Part shown: piece after piece, positions 9,390 through 17,442 of the stretch
How positions within the stretch are numbered: position 1 is the stretch's first letter
Layout of the letters: each line of letters begins with the position of its first letter
Assembly: GCF_009665255.1 (NCBI RefSeq)
Contig: NZ_CP035686.1
Coordinates: 994,973-1,026,972, forward strand
From: Vibrio metoecus
Lineage (GTDB): Bacteria; Pseudomonadota; Gammaproteobacteria; Enterobacterales; Vibrionaceae
Direction: 5' to 3'
Length of the DNA stretch: 32,000 nucleotides
Translations under genes and position numbers: made by a program
Notes under the pieces: model-generated
Databases searched by the model: none
Seen by the model: the letters and a program-made list of their open reading frames with translations, nothing else
What the model was told of the DNA's origin: nothing

Positions 9390-10079
9390 TCATTTCATCG
9401 GTGATGAAACAGGGCGCCGTTGAAGTTTATTCATGAACCATTTCACCACAACAGGAAATACACCCAACAACACAAAAGAGGCGAGCACTGGTGCAGAAAC
9501 GATCTGGCTCAAGCTAGAGATTTCGGCTAGTTGAGTGCCGGCATTGAGATAAACTGCTGTGCCAGGCAACATCCCTAATTGGCTGACCCAATAGTAACGC
9601 CAAATGGAAATAGGCGTGAGACCCATGACCAAGTTAATCAAAAAGAAGGGGAAAATGGGAATTAAGCGTAGCGAGAGCAAATAAAAGGCTCCATCCCGTT
9701 CGACACCTTGGTTAATGGTTAACAGCTTATCGGCAAATTGAGCTTGAACCCAGTCGCGCAATAAAAAGCGGCTGCTGAGGAAAGCAAGAGTTGCCCCAAT
9801 CGTACTCGCAAATGAGGCTAGCAGAAGGCTGAGCCAAAACCCAAACAGTGCTGCACCCAATAGGGTGACAACAGTGGCGCCTGGGACCGAAAAGGCAGTC
9901 AACAGGACATACAACACAAAATAGATAAGCGCAGCTTGTACAAGATGTGCATCAATGTAGTTTGCCAATTCGGCTTGCTTGGCTTTGGCCACATCTAACG
10001 TCAGATAATGGCTAAATTGTGTCACCAAGATCGCCGTTATCGCGATCAAAATAAGGGCAATAATGAGCTTTTTGTTCAT
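9390..10079 (-). CDS. TVP38/TMEM64 family (DedA superfamily) inner-membrane protein
   Basis: The 229-aa polytopic membrane ORF has the family-typical segments FSVPGATVVTLLGAALFG and RLIPIFPFFLINLVMGLTPI. Confidence 0.8.
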   Translation of the reverse strand: MNKKLIIALILIAITAILVTQFSHYLTLDVAKAKQAELANYIDAHLVQAALIYFVLYVLLTAFSVPGATVVTLLGAALFGFWLSLLLASFASTIGATLAFLSSRFLLRDWVQAQFADKLLTINQGVERDGAFYLLSLRLIPIFPFFLINLVMGLTPISIWRYYWVSQLGMLPGTAVYLNAGTQLAEISSLSQIVSAPVLASFVLLGVFPVVVKWFMNKLQRRPVSSPMK

Positions 10080-10266
10080 GAGTGGTACCTAGTCAGCACT
10101 TTGATATTGAGGCTTTTGATAGCCATAAGTGGAATATCTTATCCCATTGGTAATGAAGGCAATGCATCAGGACTTGGGTATAAGTATATCGACTCAAAAT
10201 AAATTCGCCCGATTGGTATGAACTAGGGCTATGAAGTAGAAGACAGGGGAAGCGCCGTATTTCTTT

Positions 10267-10299
10267 CAAAAAAATAACGCGCCCGTGTGGACGCGTTAT
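10267..10299 (-). terminator. Intrinsic terminator of tfoY
   Basis: ataacgcg (10274-10281) pairs with cgcgttat (10292-10299). On the minus strand the hairpin is followed by a U7 run, seen as the A-run 10268-10274 on the plus strand. It lies about 60 nt after the tfoY stop. Confidence 0.72.
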
Positions 10300-10360
10300 C
10301 AGATTTTACTCAAAGTATTCATACAAACTTGGCGAGGAAAGACAAACTCAAAACGAGAAA

Positions 10361-10948
10361 TCAAAGGTGTCTTAGTAGTTCGTCACGACGATTTTGTGGG
10401 ATCACTGACCAATGTTTACCTTCGATTGCCCCCTCTAAAGCCCATAACAGCTCAAGACTAACCTCTGCCGAATGGGTACGTTGAATGGCTTTATACGCTT
10501 CAACAGAACCGAAAGAGTGTAGAGACTCAACGCTTTCGATACCGGCTTTTTTGAGCATTCTTTCCGTTGCTAAACGCAAGTTGGGAAGATCTTTCAAACG
10601 GTCAGGCTTCGCTTGTGCTTGTGTTTCACGTTCGGTCTTAGCGACCTCAAGCGCAATACGAGCTTCACTTAGGATAGAGGTTGGATTACTCCAACAATCA
10701 TCAGGTAGAGCGTAGTACTTAGTGACGACGGGGAAACCACGCTTTTTGTAAACATAAGGTTCATAACCTTGCTGCTTGAACTTTTCGATTGTGGCATCGT
10801 CTGCACGGATGTGCAGAGTATCGTTAACCACAAGCGCAAACATAGTTTCGTCGACGAAAATACCAAAGCCACCAAACATTGAACGAGATTTCACACGTCC
10901 TAGCTGCTCAAAGAGCCGCATTGAATCTTTTAATACTGGTTTATCCAT
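10361..10948 (-). CDS. tfoY: TfoX-family regulator, TfoY type
   Basis: The 195-aa ORF has TfoX_N ([18 protein letters not shown]) and TfoX_C ([20 protein letters not shown]...) domains. A GEMM-I riboswitch precedes it and purR is its neighbour, matching the arrangement known for V. cholerae tfoY (VC1722, from memory). Confidence 0.9.
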   Translation of the reverse strand: MDKPVLKDSMRLFEQLGRVKSRSMFGGFGIFVDETMFALVVNDTLHIRADDATIEKFKQQGYEPYVYKKRGFPVVTKYYALPDDCWSNPTSILSEARIALEVAKTERETQAQAKPDRLKDLPNLRLATERMLKKAGIESVESLHSFGSVEAYKAIQRTHSAEVSLELLWALEGAIEGKHWSVIPQNRRDELLRHL

Positions 10949-11060
10949 GCTGTTAGTCTCGGAGTATTGTTACATACGCCACCAAATCAGGTCCGAGAAA
11001 ATTAGCAAAAGCATGCAACTGCCGTGTCAATGATGAGTCAACATAGTGTATGCATTTTTG

Positions 11061-11147
11061 CCATCGGTAACCCCGCTACCTACCTATGTTCTGGTTTAGG
11101 CCGGAGGCTTTGCGTCCCATTCTTTCAAATGGTTTGCCCTGTGCGTG
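11061..11147 (-). promoter_or_regulatory. c-di-GMP-I (GEMM-I) riboswitch aptamer, Vc2-like
   Basis: The reverse complement reads CACGCACAGGGCAAACCAUUUGAAAGAAUGGGACGCAAAGCCUCCGGCCUAAACCAGAACAUAGGUAGGUAGCGGGGUUACCGAUGG. It has two adjacent hairpins, a GAAA tetraloop in the first, and the conserved ACGCACAGGGCAAACC and GGGACGCAAAGCCUCCGGCCUAAACC blocks. It sits 113 nt upstream of the tfoY ATG. Confidence 0.93.
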
Positions 11148-11306
11148 ACATTTTTCCTGATAAAAAATAACCAAACTTGGGTCATTCTCACATACTGATA
11201 TTTCAATTGTGAGAATGAGCCATGTTAATAATACTCGCTCTACATTAGTTTTGTCATATTTATGTGACAAGCTTTCAAATATAGGCTCTGTGAATTGTCA
11301 AGAAAG

Positions 11307-12317
11307 TTAGGATTTTGTCAAGTCTTTCACAGTGTCGCGTTCGACGATCTCAGGATGCATCTCGAAAATTCGGCGCTCGTGTTCTTTATCTTTAATACGC
11401 TCTAACAGAATTTCGAACGCATTTTTACCCACACGACGCTTAGGTTGGTGCACTGTGGTCAGTGGTGGAGAGAAGTATTCGGCCAGTTCGATATTATCGT
11501 AACCAATCACGGATATTTCTTCAGGAACACGAATCCCTTTTTGTTGCAAACGGCTCATTAGACCTAATGCCATGGTGTCGTTGAAGCAGAATACGGCAGT
11601 TGGGCGCTTATCCATAGCAATGATTTTGTCGGCGGCAAGGACTGCGGTATCACACTCAAAATTACCTTCTAGAATCCAATCTTCATTCACGGGTAAGTGC
11701 GCTTCAGCCATCGCTCGGCGGAAACCTTGAATACGCTCTTGGCAAGCGGCTTTGACAAAATGACCACTTAAACAGGCAATATCGGTATGTCCACGATCCG
11801 TCAGATATTTGGTCGCGAGATAGCCACCTTCCTCTGAGTTATCGATGATTTTATCAGCGTGCGACGTTTCTGGGCCCCAATCCATGATTACTTTTGGAAT
11901 GTCTTTGTGAGCGTCGAGCATTTCCTGCAGCTCTTGAGTCAGGTCAGAGCACATGACTAAAATGCCATCCACACGTTTTTCGGCCAGCATGCGAATATAA
12001 TCACGCTGCTTTTCATAGATGCCGCCCGTGTTACACAGAATCAAAGTATAACCTTGACGGTAACAGTAGCTTTCCACACCATCGATCACTTCCGAGAAAA
12101 ACAGGTTTGTTGATTGAGTCACTAGCATGCCAATGGTGCGTGTAGTGTTGCACTTCAAACTACGTGCGACCGCACTCGGTGCATAGTTGAGTTGCTTAAC
12201 CGCTTCCATCACTTTCTCTTGGGTGGTTTCTGCCACAAAGCGAGTTTTATTGATAACGTGAGAAACGGTGGTGGTAGACACGCCTGCAAGGCGCGCCACA
12301 TCTTTAATCGTAGCCAT
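11307..12317 (-). CDS. purR: Purine nucleotide synthesis repressor (LacI family)
   Basis: The 336-aa ORF has the N-terminus [30 protein letters not shown]...[11 protein letters not shown], nearly identical to E. coli PurR as I recall it. A periplasmic-binding-fold core follows. Confidence 0.95.
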   Translation of the reverse strand: MATIKDVARLAGVSTTTVSHVINKTRFVAETTQEKVMEAVKQLNYAPSAVARSLKCNTTRTIGMLVTQSTNLFFSEVIDGVESYCYRQGYTLILCNTGGIYEKQRDYIRMLAEKRVDGILVMCSDLTQELQEMLDAHKDIPKVIMDWGPETSHADKIIDNSEEGGYLATKYLTDRGHTDIACLSGHFVKAACQERIQGFRRAMAEAHLPVNEDWILEGNFECDTAVLAADKIIAMDKRPTAVFCFNDTMALGLMSRLQQKGIRVPEEISVIGYDNIELAEYFSPPLTTVHQPKRRVGKNAFEILLERIKDKEHERRIFEMHPEIVERDTVKDLTKS

Positions 12318-12470
12318 AGAGTGTTCCTGTCGATGACTGCTGATGCCAGCGAATGTTATTGGTTAATTAAATCAGCAGAAGTAAGGCGAGACTGAGCGAA
12401 TCTTCACACTCTGTGCGGCGAGGAACTACATATACCGTACGTAAAGCGCTTCAATCATCATGCCTAAAGT

Positions 12471-12506
12471 AATAAAAATACAAAAACCGCCAAGAAACAG
12501 CGGTTT
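12471..12506 (-). terminator. Intrinsic terminator, about 165 nt downstream of torD
   Basis: On the minus strand AAACCGC (12506-12500) pairs with GCGGUUU (12490-12484) around a 9-nt loop and is followed by UUGUAUUUUUAUU. Confidence 0.6.
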
Positions 12507-12669
12507 ACATTTTTATTCGTTTTTATCGTTTGCGGGTGGATTTTAGACTGCAAATGTATCCGCCGCAACGAAATTCATTCATCAAACTTTAAGTTCTTTC
12601 ACAATTGATTTGTTTATGCCCCTGGCTTTTTGCAATGGTAAAGTTAGGGGCATAAAAATAGACGTGTTG

Positions 12670-13332
12670 TTATTGAATGCGCTGACCTAGTTCATCGATG
12701 TAACGTTGATCTTGCTGTAAAAATGCCAACGTTAACCGAGCTGCCGCCGCGTAAAAACCAAACGCATCAAACTGAGTACAACGTTCAACAAAAAGGGGTA
12801 ACCAACTCAATAAGTGTTGAGTAATGAAATCAGATTGTGTCTTGAGAGCTGAGTTAACCTCGGAGCCTTCTTTATTCGGGGTATTGCTGATAACAAGATG
12901 CGCAAGAAAGTCGAGTTGAATCGCGAGATGATCGGCGGGCTCATTAAGGTTCGGATCCACATTCACGTTATAGTGGCTGAGTAATTCACGCATGAGTTGT
13001 GCGGGCTTGCCATTGAGTAATCCTTTGTCTGTGTAGACAGATGCATAGGGTAACGCTGAGTCACGATCGGACTTTAAAAATAGATCGCAAAAATCAGCGG
13101 CAAGTTCCAACTGTGCATCTTGGCGATCTTGCAAGCGATTGAGTGCATCGATCAAACTTTTCACTTCCATCGCTAAGCTTTCCTCATCGGCAAGTGCGGT
13201 TAAGAAAGTACGGATTTCAACTGAGTGATAATGGGCGATATCTTGTTCAGTCAGTTCTTTAAAAAAGAGACTCGAAAGCCACCAATAAATTTCTGCGCGT
13301 TTTTCATTGAGGATATTCAGTTCTTGGATCAT
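12670..13332 (-). CDS. torD: TorD-family molybdoenzyme (TMAO reductase) maturation chaperone
   Basis: The 220-aa ORF starts ...RAEIYWWLSSLFFKELTEQ and contains PADHLAIQLDFLAHL, both typical of TorD/DmsD chaperones. It is divergent from torR. Confidence 0.88.
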   Translation of the reverse strand: MIQELNILNEKRAEIYWWLSSLFFKELTEQDIAHYHSVEIRTFLTALADEESLAMEVKSLIDALNRLQDRQDAQLELAADFCDLFLKSDRDSALPYASVYTDKGLLNGKPAQLMRELLSHYNVNVDPNLNEPADHLAIQLDFLAHLVISNTPNKEGSEVNSALKTQSDFITQHLLSWLPLFVERCTQFDAFGFYAAAARLTLAFLQQDQRYIDELGQRIQ

Positions 13333-13373
13333 GTTTGCTCTCCCAATCGATTGACGCGTAGTCTAAACCATAA

Positions 13374-13404
13374 AAATGAACAGCAATCATGCAAAATATG
13401 ACAG
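13374..13404 (-). promoter_or_regulatory. Two tor-box-like decamers (candidate TorR binding sites)
   Basis: The minus strand reads CTGTTCATTT (13383-13374) and CTGTCATATT (13404-13395), against the E. coli tor box consensus CTGTTCATAT. They are direct repeats 21 bp apart, 42-72 bp upstream of the torD ATG. A weaker third copy, CTGTTAAATA, lies on the plus strand at 13435-13444. Confidence 0.55.
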
Positions 13405-13556
13405 TTTGTGAAAAGAAAAGAATACGTTGTTAATCTGTTAAATAAAGCTTGCGTTGTATCAAGGAAAGGTGAGTTTTCTCACGATATTTCTCGAGTTATT
13501 AACAAATATGAATAGAATGAGTGAGCGATAAATCCCGTTATTTAAAATGGTGCACT

Positions 13557-14261
13557 ATGAGTTATCACGTACTTGTGGTTGAAGATGACCTCGTCACCCG
13601 TAGTAAGTTAAGCGGTTACTTTCAAAATGAAGGTTACCAAGTAACAGAAGCGGAAAGTGGCGCACAAATGAGAGAAGCACTTGAGCTCAATGACATCGAT
13701 TTAGTCTTGCTGGATATTAATTTGCCTGGTGAAGATGGACTGTTATTGACGCGAGAACTGCGTGGCCAGTCGGAGATTGGCATTATTTTAGTGACAGGAC
13801 GCACAGACAGTATCGATAAAATTGTTGGCCTTGAAATGGGCGCCGACGATTATGTGACTAAACCCGTCGATTTGCGTGAGCTACAAGTTCGAGTGAAAAA
13901 CTTGTTGTGGCGTATTTCGTTGGCTCGCCGCGATAAATACAGCGAGAAGGCAGACGATACGTTGGTTTACTTTGGTGAGTGGACATTCGATATACAGCGT
14001 CGTGCTTTGAGCCGAAATGGTGAGCCGGTGAAACTCACCAAAGCAGAATACGAGTTGTTAGTTGCACTTTCCTCTTATCCTAATCAAGTGCTGAGTCGTG
14101 AGCGTATTTTGAACATGATCAGTCATCGTGTGGATGCGCCAAACGATCGTACTATTGATGTGTTGATTCGACGTATGCGCGCCAAGATGGAAATGGATCC
14201 GAAGAACCCGCAAATTTTTGTCACCGTTCACGGTGAAGGGTATATGTTTGCAGGGGATTAA
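13557..14261 (+). CDS. torR: OmpR-family response regulator TorR
   Basis: From MSYHVLVVEDD, the receiver domain (DLVLLDINLPGEDGL) and winged-helix domain are very similar along the full length to E. coli TorR as I recall it. The track ORF starts at a GTG at 13521, and those extra 12 residues have no TorR counterpart. Confidence 0.92.
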   Translation: MSYHVLVVEDDLVTRSKLSGYFQNEGYQVTEAESGAQMREALELNDIDLVLLDINLPGEDGLLLTRELRGQSEIGIILVTGRTDSIDKIVGLEMGADDYVTKPVDLRELQVRVKNLLWRISLARRDKYSEKADDTLVYFGEWTFDIQRRALSRNGEPVKLTKAEYELLVALSSYPNQVLSRERILNMISHRVDAPNDRTIDVLIRRMRAKMEMDPKNPQIFVTVHGEGYMFAGD

Positions 14262-14304
14262 ACTGATTTACACTCAATGTGTTTGCATTAGGCTCATCCC
14301 AAAC

Positions 14305-14336
14305 ATAAAAAACCGGCATATTGCCGGTTTTTTTAT
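14305..14336. terminator. Bidirectional terminator between convergent torR and elyC
   Basis: aaaaaaccggca pairs with tgccggtttttt around a 3-nt loop. The A-run and T-run serve both strands. Confidence 0.82.
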
Positions 14337-14366
14337 GTTTGTAACGACTTAGCGGAGGGGGAACGA

Positions 14367-15194
14367 TTAGGGCGTTGTCGGAGCTTCTTCTACGACAGAG
14401 GGCGTTCCTACCTGTACCTGTTCACTGCCATCACCGGCAACAGTATCACGCAGTTTTTGCCACAATAGGCCTAAGGTTTCGTACCAATACTGTTCGGTTT
14501 GCTCAAGATAGCGCGATTTAGGAATGTATTTATCCCAAGGCTGAACAATATTGAGATGGCCTAAGTAGTTAGTTGGTGCTGGAATTGGCGTTAAACCTGC
14601 CGATTCAAATTCGCGCATCGCGCGCTTCATATGACTTGCTGAGGTGACGAGCACCATACGCTTTTGTTGCACGAAAGCGGCCGCTTGGCGTGCCTCTTCC
14701 CAAGTATCCTTGGCGGTTTCCAGCAAAATAATATCCGATTTAGGTACGCCTAACGCCAAAGCGACACGCGCCATCATCCGAGCGTGGCTAACTTCGCTGC
14801 CGCCAGCGTAACCGGAGAGGATAAGCTTAGAACCCGGATACATACGACTAATACGAATGCCTTCCGTTAAACGCATAAGTGCGGCACGAGTAAGCTCGGA
14901 GGTGGGGGGGATGTCATCATCAACCACATGGCCATTACCGAGCACCATCACGTAGTCAAGAGTACCTTCTACGGGTAAAAATGCCGTGTAAGTACGTTCA
15001 AGGGGCATCAACAAACGAGTCGCCACAGGTTGAAAGGAAACCAGAAATAACCCAGTGAGAGAGAATAATACCACTAGGCAGCCAGTTTTACGTTTTGCCG
15101 TGAACATGATCAGCATCAGGCCCACGAAACCAATGATCAGCAGTGCTGGCAGAGGCATCAACAGTGAAGAAAAAATTTTTTTCAGCTCAAACAT
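14367..15194 (-). CDS. elyC: Envelope biogenesis factor ElyC (YcbC, DUF218)
   Basis: The protein aligns with E. coli ElyC from MFELKKIFSSLLMPLP (E. coli has MLFTLKKVIGNMLLPLP) through LVTSASHMKRAM. I place the start at the ATG at 15194 rather than the GTG at 15221. The position beside cmoM-mukFEB is conserved. Confidence 0.87.
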   Translation of the reverse strand: MFELKKIFSSLLMPLPALLIIGFVGLMLIMFTAKRKTGCLVVLFSLTGLFLVSFQPVATRLLMPLERTYTAFLPVEGTLDYVMVLGNGHVVDDDIPPTSELTRAALMRLTEGIRISRMYPGSKLILSGYAGGSEVSHARMMARVALALGVPKSDIILLETAKDTWEEARQAAAFVQQKRMVLVTSASHMKRAMREFESAGLTPIPAPTNYLGHLNIVQPWDKYIPKSRYLEQTEQYWYETLGLLWQKLRDTVAGDGSEQVQVGTPSVVEEAPTTP

Positions 15195-15310
15195 AGAGAA
15201 AATAGTCCGAAAAAACAGCACTTGAGTATAAAAAGAGTCGAAGCCTCTTTATTCCTGCCATTCGTATGACAGAATAGCAGGCACGGTTCGTTATCATAAC
15301 TCAAGCTACT

Positions 15311-16093
15311 GTGACAGAAGATCGCAATTTCGACGATATTGCCCACAAATTTGCAAAAAATATATACGGTTCTGACAAAGGTGAGATCCGCCAAGTCATT
15401 GTTTGGGAAGATTTGGAGCAGCTTCTCAGTCAACTGGACACGCAAAAAGTTCCCTTGCACGTGCTCGATGCGGGTGGCGGCTTGGCGCAAGTATCGCAAA
15501 AAATCGCTCGCCTTGGGCATCGAGTGACACTCTGTGATCTTTCTTCGGAAATGTTGCAATTGGCCGAACAGGATATTGCAAACAATGGCCTGCTTAAGCA
15601 GTATCGCTTCGTCCACTCACCAGTGCAGACGATTCAAGCACACCTTGATGCGCCCGTGGATTTGGTGCTGTTTCATGCGGTGATGGAATGGTTAGCGGAG
15701 CCCAAACCGGCGTTGCAAAATTTGTTGGCGCAAGTTAGACCGGGTGGCATGGTGTCGGTGATGTTTTACAACTATCACGGTTTGGTTTACAAAAACGCCG
15801 TGTGTGGCAACATTCCGCACGTGCTAGAAGATATGCCGCACCGTAAAAGGTTTAAATTACAACCGCAGAAAGGCTTGCTCCCCGAAGAGGTCTTCCAATG
15901 GATCGAAGAATCGGGTTTTGAGATCTGCGGGAAATCCGGTATTCGTTGTTTCAGTGATTACATCGGAAACATGAAAAACATGGGCGAATACCAGTATGAG
16001 GATTTGGTGGCACTGGAGCGCAAATTCTGCCGTCAGGAGCCTTACCTCTCATTGGGCCGATACATTCACGTATGGGCTAAGAAAAAACAATAA
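15311..16093 (+). CDS. cmoM: SAM-dependent tRNA methyltransferase CmoM (SmtA)
   Basis: The 260-aa ORF starts at a GTG. It contains [18 protein letters not shown], the SAM motif VLDAGGG, and the C-terminal [14 protein letters not shown], all similar to E. coli SmtA/CmoM. It lies immediately upstream of mukF, as in E. coli. Confidence 0.88.
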   Translation: MTEDRNFDDIAHKFAKNIYGSDKGEIRQVIVWEDLEQLLSQLDTQKVPLHVLDAGGGLAQVSQKIARLGHRVTLCDLSSEMLQLAEQDIANNGLLKQYRFVHSPVQTIQAHLDAPVDLVLFHAVMEWLAEPKPALQNLLAQVRPGGMVSVMFYNYHGLVYKNAVCGNIPHVLEDMPHRKRFKLQPQKGLLPEEVFQWIEESGFEICGKSGIRCFSDYIGNMKNMGEYQYEDLVALERKFCRQEPYLSLGRYIHVWAKKKQ

Positions 16094-16104
16094 CAGGAAA
16101 CACA

Positions 16105-17442
16105 ATGAGTGAGTTTACTCAGGATACTGTGCAAAAGCCCATCGACGAACTCGTCACTTGGGTAAAACAGTATGACTTCTCATTGAATCTGCCTACTGAG
16201 CGGCTGGCATTTTTGCTCGCGATTGCTGTGCTCAGTAATGAAAGATTTGATGAAGAGCTCGGAGAAGGGGAACTTCACGATGCATTCGCGATAGTGACGC
16301 GCTTGTTTGCAGAATCGGGAGAAGCCTCAGCCTTTCGGGCTAACAATGCGATTAATGATCTGGTCAAGCAGCGCTTATTAAGCCGCTTTACCAGCGAAAT
16401 GACGGAAGGTGCCAGCATCTACCGTCTGACTCCTTTAGCGATCGGCATTACCGATTACTATGTTCGTCATCGCGAATTTTCCAAACTCAAACTATCCATC
16501 CAACTCTCTATGGTCGCGGATGAGATGGCGAAGGCCGTGGAATCTGCGCAGCAGGGTGGCAGTGTCGCTCATTGGCGCAAAAACGTGTTTGGTGTGCTCA
16601 AATATTCGGTCAGTGAAATCTTTGACCGCATCGATCTCAACCAGCGTGTGATGGATGAGCAGCAACAATCGGTCAAAGAACAGATTGCTGATTTGCTGAA
16701 TAAAGATTGGCGCGATGCGATCAACAACTGTGAAGCTTTGCTGTCCGAAACTTCCGCCAAACTGCGTGAGCTGCAAGATACCTTGCAAGCGGCAGGCGAT
16801 GAGTTGCAAACGCAAATCCTCGATATTCAGGAGTGCGTGTATGGCGATCTGGAATTGGACTTCATCGAAGAGACACTGTTTGCGCTGCAGATGAAGCTTG
16901 ACCGCATCACGAGCTGGGGTCAGCAGTCGATTGATCTTTGGATCGGTTACGACCGCCACGTCCACAAGTTTATTCGTACCGCGATTGATATGGACCAGAA
17001 CCGCGCGTTCAGCCAACGTCTGCGTCAGTCAATGAACGACTATTTTGAACAACCTTGGTATCTCACTTTCGCCGATGCAGAACGTCTATCCGATCTGCGT
17101 GATGAAACCTTGACCCTGCGTGACGAAGAAGTTACCGGTCATGTGCCGATGGAAGTGGAATACGAAGAACTGCAACAAGTGAACGATGAACTTGCGCAGC
17201 GGATTGGCGACATGCTGAAAGTGCATAAAGAGCAGGGCGCAGCGATTGATTTAGCCCTTGTGCTGCGTGATTACCTAGCCAGCCATCCACGAACCCATCA
17301 TTTCGATTTAGCCCGAATGGTTGTCGACCAAGCGGTAAGGCTGGGTTACTCCGAGTCCGACTACCGCGCTATCCAGCCTGACTGGACGGCGATCAACGAT
17401 TTTGGCGCAAAGGTACAAGCGAATGTCATCGACCGATATTAA
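16105..17442 (+). CDS. mukF: Chromosome partition protein MukF (kleisin)
   Basis: The 445-aa ORF has the N-terminus MSEFTQ...[26 protein letters not shown], similar to E. coli MukF. It sits in the mukFEB operon context. Confidence 0.96.
   Translation: MSEFTQDTVQKPIDELVTWVKQYDFSLNLPTERLAFLLAIAVLSNERFDEELGEGELHDAFAIVTRLFAESGEASAFRANNAINDLVKQRLLSRFTSEMTEGASIYRLTPLAIGITDYYVRHREFSKLKLSIQLSMVADEMAKAVESAQQGGSVAHWRKNVFGVLKYSVSEIFDRIDLNQRVMDEQQQSVKEQIADLLNKDWRDAINNCEALLSETSAKLRELQDTLQAAGDELQTQILDIQECVYGDLELDFIEETLFALQMKLDRITSWGQQSIDLWIGYDRHVHKFIRTAIDMDQNRAFSQRLRQSMNDYFEQPWYLTFADAERLSDLRDETLTLRDEEVTGHVPMEVEYEELQQVNDELAQRIGDMLKVHKEQGAAIDLALVLRDYLASHPRTHHFDLARMVVDQAVRLGYSESDYRAIQPDWTAINDFGAKVQANVIDRY

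Noticed and set aside
11182-11218. TGTGA/TCACA pentamers that suggest a CRP or CRP-S site upstream of tfoY.
   Set aside because: The arrangement is TCACA-N15-TGTGA. Both the half-site order and the spacing are wrong for CRP (TGTGA-N6-TCACA). I kept it only as a generic inverted repeat.
11076-11270. A 64-aa minus-strand ORF between purR and tfoY.
   Set aside because: It starts at a TTG inside a palindrome, has no SD, and runs straight through the GEMM-I riboswitch aptamer. The RNA element explains the sequence better.
12519-12536. A PurR-box-like half-site: the minus strand reads CGCAAACG, matching the left half of ACGCAAACGTTTGCGT. It lies upstream of purR.
   Set aside because: Only one half of the palindrome matches, because the other half is A/T filler. 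The same bases form the 3' arm of a clear RNA hairpin (12527-12535 with 12563-12570). It is therefore more likely structural than an autoregulatory operator.
13521-13556. N-terminal extensions in the ORF track: torR GTG 13521, mukE TTG 17402, elyC GTG 15221, adh 23969, lysE-family TTG 26492 and hydrolase GTG 8232.
   Set aside because: Comparison with remembered E. coli and family N-termini, together with the positions of ATG and SD sequences, favours the internal starts at 13557, 17423, 15194, 23900, 26522 and 8238.
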